Assembly (NCBI GenBank): GCA_965261085.1
Contig: OZ253442.1
Coordinates: 4,064,001-4,128,000, forward strand
DNA: 64,000 bases
Direction: 5' to 3'
Source of the DNA: a bacterium
GTDB lineage: Bacteria; UBA8248
Of this stretch, positions 58,959 through 64,000 are shown one piece after another. The notes beneath the pieces are model-generated. The model was not told where the DNA came from and ran no database searches. It saw nothing but the letters and a program-made list of their open reading frames with translations. The translations under genes were made by a program, and so were the position numbers. Every line of letters begins with the position of its first letter. The stretch's first letter is position 1.

Positions 58959-60019
58959 TCGGCCCCCGCTTCCCATTCCTGAACGAACGCAACCAGTCTC
59001 TTGACGTTGTCGACCGGAGTGCCCGGCAGAATCCCGTGCCCGAGATTAAAGACGTGTCCCGGACGCCCGGCCCCCTGGCGCAGGATGTCCTCCGCTCGCT
59101 CAAAAATCTGCTCAGGCGCTGCGAACAAAACGCACGGGTCGAGGTTTCCCTGAACCCCCATATCGCCCAGACTCTCCCGGGCGCTGGAAAGTTCCACGCG
59201 AAAATCGACCCCCACTACGTCGCCGCCCGCTCCGGCGAACGCTTCCAGATAGGGCGCCGTTCCCGTGCCGAAGTGGATGACGGGCGCGCCTTCTGAGATC
59301 CCCGCAATCAGCGCGCGGCTGTGCGGTAGGACGAACTCCCTGAAATCCCCGGGCGAGAGACAACCCACCCAGCTATCAAAAATCTGCACCGCCTGCGCGC
59401 CTGCGCGAATCTGTTCGTTCAGATAGACGGTCAACCCCCGCACCAGCTTTTCCATCAGCGCATGCCACGCGCCCGAATCAGCATACATGAATTTTTTGGT
59501 GTTCTCGAAATTGCGCGAGCCGCCACCCTCGATCATGTAGGAGGCGAGCGTGAAGGGCGCGCCGCAAAAGCCGATGAGCGGAAGCGCGGGATTCATCTGC
59601 TCCCTCGTTTTGCGGACCGCCTCGAAGACAAAACCAAGGCTCTCGCGCGGCTCCGCCTCTCTTAAGCGCTCCACGTCCGCCGCCGATCGAACCGGGTTGT
59701 GGAGAACGGGACCTCCCTCCAAGTATTCCAGGCCCATGCCCATCGGCTGCAAGATGAGCAGAATGTCGGAAAACAGGATGGCGGCGTCCGCACCGATTTC
59801 ATCGAGCGCCGTGATGGCGACTTCGGCGGCCAGATCGGGCGTGCGGCAAAGATCGATGAAGGAGACTTTTTCGCGAACGGCGCGGTACTCGCGCATATAT
59901 CTGCCCGCCTGACGCATGAGCCAGATGGGCGTCCTGGCGTTGGGCAGTCCCCGGCAGGCGCGCATGAAGGCGGAATCCGCATACGTGGGCGCGTTTCCCG
60001 GCGATGATTGCGCCGACAT
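58955..60019 (-). CDS. hemE: uroporphyrinogen decarboxylase
   Basis: PIWLMRQAGRYM.EY, AAILFSDIL, IGFCGAPFTLASY, QIFDSW and FNLGHG. Confidence 0.98.
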   Translation of the reverse strand: MSAQSSPGNAPTYADSAFMRACRGLPNARTPIWLMRQAGRYMREYRAVREKVSFIDLCRTPDLAAEVAITALDEIGADAAILFSDILLILQPMGMGLEYLEGGPVLHNPVRSAADVERLREAEPRESLGFVFEAVRKTREQMNPALPLIGFCGAPFTLASYMIEGGGSRNFENTKKFMYADSGAWHALMEKLVRGLTVYLNEQIRAGAQAVQIFDSWVGCLSPGDFREFVLPHSRALIAGISEGAPVIHFGTGTAPYLEAFAGAGGDVVGVDFRVELSSARESLGDMGVQGNLDPCVLFAAPEQIFERAEDILRQGAGRPGHVFNLGHGILPGTPVDNVKRLVAFVQEWEAGAE

Positions 60020-60207
60020 GGAACCCCTCCCGTAAAACGTATGAGAACCCGTCCTCCCGGGCGGGCCAGATGAGCCAGTCTAATCCAAAAAGCGCGCGCG
60101 CGCCTATCGGGCGAGCCGTATGAACATCAAGAGGAAGAGCGCCGCTCGCTGGACAAGGTCGCTTGAGGTAGGATAATAAAGATTCTTGATTTCGGGCATC
60201 ATGCCCC

Positions 60208-60282
60208 GGCGCCATAGCCAAGTGGTAAGGCAGAGGACTGCAAATCCTTTATTCCCCGGTTCAAATCCGGGTGGCGCCTCCA
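60208..60282 (+). tRNA. tRNA-Cys (GCA)
   Basis: GGCGCCA acceptor stem, anticodon arm GAGGA-CT-GCA-AA-TCCTT, GGTTCAAATCC T-loop, encoded CCA. Confidence 0.97.
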
Positions 60283-60307
60283 ACTTCCCACGTAGGGAGA
60301 CCATTCG

Positions 60308-60943
60308 ATGGAGCAAACGACGACTGCGCCGAAGATAGAAACCAAAAAAGAGCTTCGCGAGTACTACGGCCCGCCCAACGAGCGCAGCGCCAAGAAGCAG
60401 ATGGCGAAACTCGACGAACACGCGAAGAATTTCATCGCTCTGTCTCCGTTCATGGTCATCTCCTCCGCCACGGCGGAAGGTGCGGACGCATCCCCCAAGG
60501 GGGACCCGCCCGGGTTCGTCAAGGTGATCGACGACAACACCCTGCTCATCCCCGACAGACCGGGCAACAACCGCGTCGACACCATGAGCAACATCGTGGA
60601 GAACAACCACGTCGGCCTGCTCTTCCTGGTGCCCGGCATGTGCGAGACCCTGCGCGTGAACGGGCGCGCGCGCATCACGACGGACCCTGAAGTCCTCGAA
60701 CCGCTCTCGATGAAGAGCAAGCTCCCCGTGTCGGGAATGATCGTCGACGTGGACGATGTGTATCTACACTGCGGAAAGGCCCTGCTCCGCGCAGACCTCT
60801 GGGCCCCGGATAAATACATCGACAGAAAATCGTTCCCCTCGATGGGACAGATGCTCGCTGATCAGATAGACGAAGACGGTTACGATGACGGAAAGGAACT
60901 CGACAAGGGCATTCAGGCGAGATACAGGACGGACCTCTATTAA
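60308..60943 (+). CDS. pyridoxamine 5'-phosphate oxidase-like FMN-binding protein (MSMEG_1061 family)
   Basis: DASPKGDPPGFV, IPDRPGNNRVD, LLFLVPG..ETLRVNG and HCGKALLR. Confidence 0.92.
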   Translation: MEQTTTAPKIETKKELREYYGPPNERSAKKQMAKLDEHAKNFIALSPFMVISSATAEGADASPKGDPPGFVKVIDDNTLLIPDRPGNNRVDTMSNIVENNHVGLLFLVPGMCETLRVNGRARITTDPEVLEPLSMKSKLPVSGMIVDVDDVYLHCGKALLRADLWAPDKYIDRKSFPSMGQMLADQIDEDGYDDGKELDKGIQARYRTDLY

Positions 60944-61010
60944 ACGCAACCGGGGCGGACACACGCTCACCGCTCCAAATCGCAGTCCCGCCCTCTCCGG
61001 TCGGAACCGC

Positions 61011-62927
61011 CTAATGCGTCTCCCTTAAATAAACGACCGCGAGCGGGGGCAGCGTTACCTCTACCGAATAGGGCTGGCCGTTTAAGGGCGCTGCAACGGC
61101 ATGGCAACCATCCGGATTCCCCATGCTGCTGCCTCCGTAGATTTCCGAGTCGCTGTTCAGCACCTCGATCCACTCGCCGTCGGCGGGAACACCCATCCGG
61201 TAATGCATCCTGGGCACAGGCGTCAGATTGGCAGCCACGAGCAGCATGGGTTCATCCTCCGTGGCGATCCGCACGAAGCCCAGCACGCTGTCCTCTGAGG
61301 CATTCACGGCCACCCACATGAAGCCACGCGGGTCGTAATCCCTCCGGAACAGGGCGCGCTCCTGATGATACAAGGCGTTCAAGTCACGCACCCATTTCAT
61401 CAGCCCCGCTCTGAGCGGCTCCTGTGCGAGATGCCAGTCGAGCGCGCCGTCATGGTTCCATTCGCGCCACTGGCCGAATTCCCCGCCCATGAACAGGAGC
61501 TTCTTACCGGGATGAGCGAACATCAGCCCGTAGAGCGCGCGTAGATTCGCGAATTTCCGTCCGTTGCCCCCCGGCATCTTCCCGAGCAGGGAGCTTTTGC
61601 CGTGCACCACTTCGTCGTGGGAGAGCGGCAGCACGAAATTCTCGTTATAGGCGTAGAGCATCCGGAACGTGAGCAGGTTGTGGTGAAATTTCCGGTGGAC
61701 GGGGTCTTTTTTCATGTACTCGAGCGAATCGTGCATCCAGCCCATGTCCCATTTCATGCCGAAACCCAAACCTCCCATATCCACGGGTCTCGAGACCATC
61801 GGCCAAGAGGTGGATTCTTCCGCGATGGTCTGCACGTCGGGGAACCGGCGATAGACTTCCGTGTTCAGCCGCCTGAGGAAAGTGATGGCTTCGAAATTTT
61901 CCCGGCCTCCCTCTTCGTTGGGAAGCCATTCGCCCTCTTTTCTCGAATAATCGAGATAGAGCATCGAGGCCACGCCGTCGACGCGCAGCCCGTCGGCGTG
62001 GAAAGTCTCCAGCCAGTACAAGGCGTTGCTGATCAGGAAGGCGACAACCTCGTTTCGCCCGTAATTGAAAATGTGGCTTCGCCAATCGGGATGAAACCCC
62101 CGCCGAGGGTCGGCGTGCTCGTAAAGATGGGTTCCGTCGAAATTACCCAGCCCATGCCCGTCCGTGGGGAAGTGCGAGGGCACCCAGTCGAGTATCACGC
62201 CCAAGCCGCGCTGGTGGAGGTAATCGATGAGATACATCAAATCCTGAGGAGTTCCGTAGCGGCTCGTGGGAGAGAAGTAGCCCGTGATCTGATATCCCCA
62301 GGAACCGTTGAAGGGATGCTCCATCACCGGCATGAACTCGACGTGGGTAAACCCCATGTGGAGCATGTGTTCGGCGAGTTGCGGAGCCAGTTCCCTGTAG
62401 GTGAGAGGACGATTCTCCCCATGCGGCGCCCTCCGCCAGGAGCCGATGTGCATCTCGTAGATGGAAATGGGCGCTTCGCGGCCATTGCACGCGCCCCGGC
62501 ATTCCATCCAGTTCTCATCCCCCCATTCGTAATCGAGATTCCAGACGACCGAGCCGCTCTTCGGGGGAACCTCGCTGCAGAACCCGAAAGGATCCGCTTT
62601 CTCCATCCGAAAGTCCCCGAACTGAGAATGAATCCGGTATTTATAAACTTCACCCGTCCCCACGCCCGGGATGAATCCCGCCCAGATCCCTGAGCTTGCC
62701 ACCGGAGCCAACGGGTGGCTCTCCTCATCCCAGTCGTTGAAATCTCCGATAACGCTCACATACGCCGCGTTCGGCGCCCATACGGCGAAGTGAGCGCCCT
62801 CCTCCCCGTCCACCGTCATGGGGTGCGCGCCCATTTTTTCGTACAAGGTGAAGTGGGAGCCCTGGTTGAACAGATAAATGTCATAATCCGTGATGTAGGA
62901 AAGCGCGGGGTAGTGGACGACGCTCAT
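61011..62927 (-). CDS. glgB: 1,4-alpha-glucan branching enzyme
   Basis: FAVWAPNA, IYEMHIGSW, SWGYQ, DGLRVDGVASMLY, IAEEST and LSHDEVVHGK. Confidence 0.98.
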   Translation of the reverse strand: MSVVHYPALSYITDYDIYLFNQGSHFTLYEKMGAHPMTVDGEEGAHFAVWAPNAAYVSVIGDFNDWDEESHPLAPVASSGIWAGFIPGVGTGEVYKYRIHSQFGDFRMEKADPFGFCSEVPPKSGSVVWNLDYEWGDENWMECRGACNGREAPISIYEMHIGSWRRAPHGENRPLTYRELAPQLAEHMLHMGFTHVEFMPVMEHPFNGSWGYQITGYFSPTSRYGTPQDLMYLIDYLHQRGLGVILDWVPSHFPTDGHGLGNFDGTHLYEHADPRRGFHPDWRSHIFNYGRNEVVAFLISNALYWLETFHADGLRVDGVASMLYLDYSRKEGEWLPNEEGGRENFEAITFLRRLNTEVYRRFPDVQTIAEESTSWPMVSRPVDMGGLGFGMKWDMGWMHDSLEYMKKDPVHRKFHHNLLTFRMLYAYNENFVLPLSHDEVVHGKSSLLGKMPGGNGRKFANLRALYGLMFAHPGKKLLFMGGEFGQWREWNHDGALDWHLAQEPLRAGLMKWVRDLNALYHQERALFRRDYDPRGFMWVAVNASEDSVLGFVRIATEDEPMLLVAANLTPVPRMHYRMGVPADGEWIEVLNSDSEIYGGSSMGNPDGCHAVAAPLNGQPYSVEVTLPPLAVVYLRETH

Positions 62928-64000
62928 AAGACAACCTCCCCCCGCGCCACAGGTGGTTCATTACGAGCCCTCAGCAAGACCAGGGCCTCTCCGGCCAGGA
63001 GGTAGGAATCGCCGGAGTGAATCCGCCAAGTCCACCCTTTTTCATCGACTTGGGACGTATCCAACACCACCGTCCATCTCTTCTTTCTGTCTTCATCTAG
63101 GAAAACGAAGGGTATCGCGTCATGATGCGCGTTCATGAGCACCAGGAAAGTATCACGATTCCTGCCCCCATGCCGAGAAAAAAGATCGCCTCTTGCCGCC
63201 TCCCTCAGCCTGAAGCCGAAACACTTCATGTAATGCACAACCCACTCGTGCGCCCCTAGTTCATGCCCCAAATGGTGAAGCCAGATGACCTCGGCTTTTT
63301 CCGGCCCGACCGGGCTTTGTTGAGGGAAAAACTCCGTGCGCCGGAAGTCCGGCCGGGCCCTGGTCCAGCGGATGAGGTTTTTGACGAAAGAAAGCAGACT
63401 CTCGTTTTTTTCCGCCAGTTCCCAGTCCACCCAGGAAGTCTCGTTGTCCTGGCAATAGGCGTTATTGTTCCCCGACTGCGTGCGGCCGAACTCGTCTCCC
63501 GCCTGGAGCATCGGCACTCCCTGGGCGAGAAACAGGCTCGCGAGCAGATTGCGCTTGCGCCGCGCGCGCATGGTCGATACGAAGGGGTCGTCCGTCGGAC
63601 CCTCCACCCCGCCGTTCCAGCTATGGTTCTCATCCGCGCCGTCTTTGTTGCCCTCCCCATTGGCGTCATTTAGCTTATGCTGAAAACTCACCAGATCCTC
63701 GAGCGTGAAGCCGTCGTGACAAGCAATGTAATTAAGGCCGGTCTGAGGGGCCCGCCCGCCGGCCTCGAAAATGTCGCTGCTCCCCGTCAGGCGCGTGGCG
63801 AACTCCGCAGCCAGGCTGAAATCCGCACGCCAGAACCGGCGCGCCGCGTCCCGGAACTTCCCGTTCCACTCCGTCCAGCCTTTTGGGAAATTCCCCAGTT
63901 GATAGCCCCTCTCGCCCAAATCCCAGGGTTCGGCGATGAGCTTGCGCTTCGAGAGAACCGGGTCTTCCGCAATAGTCTTGAAAAACGCCGATTCGGGGTC
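62924..64000 (-). CDS. glgX: glycogen debranching enzyme, 5' part outside the window
   Basis: KLIAEPWD.G..GYQLGNFP, CHDGFTLEDLV, NGEGNKDG and GNNNAYCQDN; frame open to the window edge. Confidence 0.96.
   Translation of the reverse strand, partial: DPESAFFKTIAEDPVLSKRKLIAEPWDLGERGYQLGNFPKGWTEWNGKFRDAARRFWRADFSLAAEFATRLTGSSDIFEAGGRAPQTGLNYIACHDGFTLEDLVSFQHKLNDANGEGNKDGADENHSWNGGVEGPTDDPFVSTMRARRKRNLLASLFLAQGVPMLQAGDEFGRTQSGNNNAYCQDNETSWVDWELAEKNESLLSFVKNLIRWTRARPDFRRTEFFPQQSPVGPEKAEVIWLHHLGHELGAHEWVVHYMKCFGFRLREAARGDLFSRHGGRNRDTFLVLMNAHHDAIPFVFLDEDRKKRWTVVLDTSQVDEKGWTWRIHSGDSYLLAGEALVLLRARNEPPVARGEVVL

Noticed and set aside
60208-60310. tRNA-Cys as an integration site
   Set aside because: No integrase and no duplicated tRNA 3' end was seen in the window

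Overview
A GC-rich bacterial chromosomal segment from a diderm: it encodes a porin, lipoproteins and Tat export. Gene order (aminotransferase-serA-hisZ-purA) and repeat content are compatible with a Nitrospinota/Tectomicrobia-like, possibly sponge-associated lineage; this is inference only. Housekeeping blocks are a DEDDh exonuclease, tatBC, acyP, ccdA, purA, hisZ, serA, TPP riboswitch-thiC, hemE-hemH-hemY, tRNA-Cys and glgB/glgX. They alternate with accessory catabolic and transport genes: three LLM oxidoreductases, an SSS transporter with deaminase and creatininase, a DUF1302-DUF1329-YCF48-MMPL cluster, a sugar-type ABC transporter, aldolase/FAH and a LeuCD-like dehydratase. The most notable observations are: (i) a REP-associated tyrosine transposase apparently frameshifted by exchange of one internal REP for another; (ii) a ferrochelatase with an unusual N-terminal four-cysteine insert; (iii) a decaying island (about 21.6-27 kb) in which secreted-hydrolase genes (SNase, zincin lipoprotein, a hidden PLA2 lipoprotein) interrupt a relic allophanate-hydrolase/ABC/TauE cluster; (iv) a TMTC-like glycosyltransferase next to an FG-GAP protein and a porin; (v) a 34-bp promoter-containing direct repeat bracketing an LLM gene; and (vi) a MITE with nested REP families. 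No CRISPR array, rRNA or prophage was seen. All family calls come from motif recognition by eye, not database searches.
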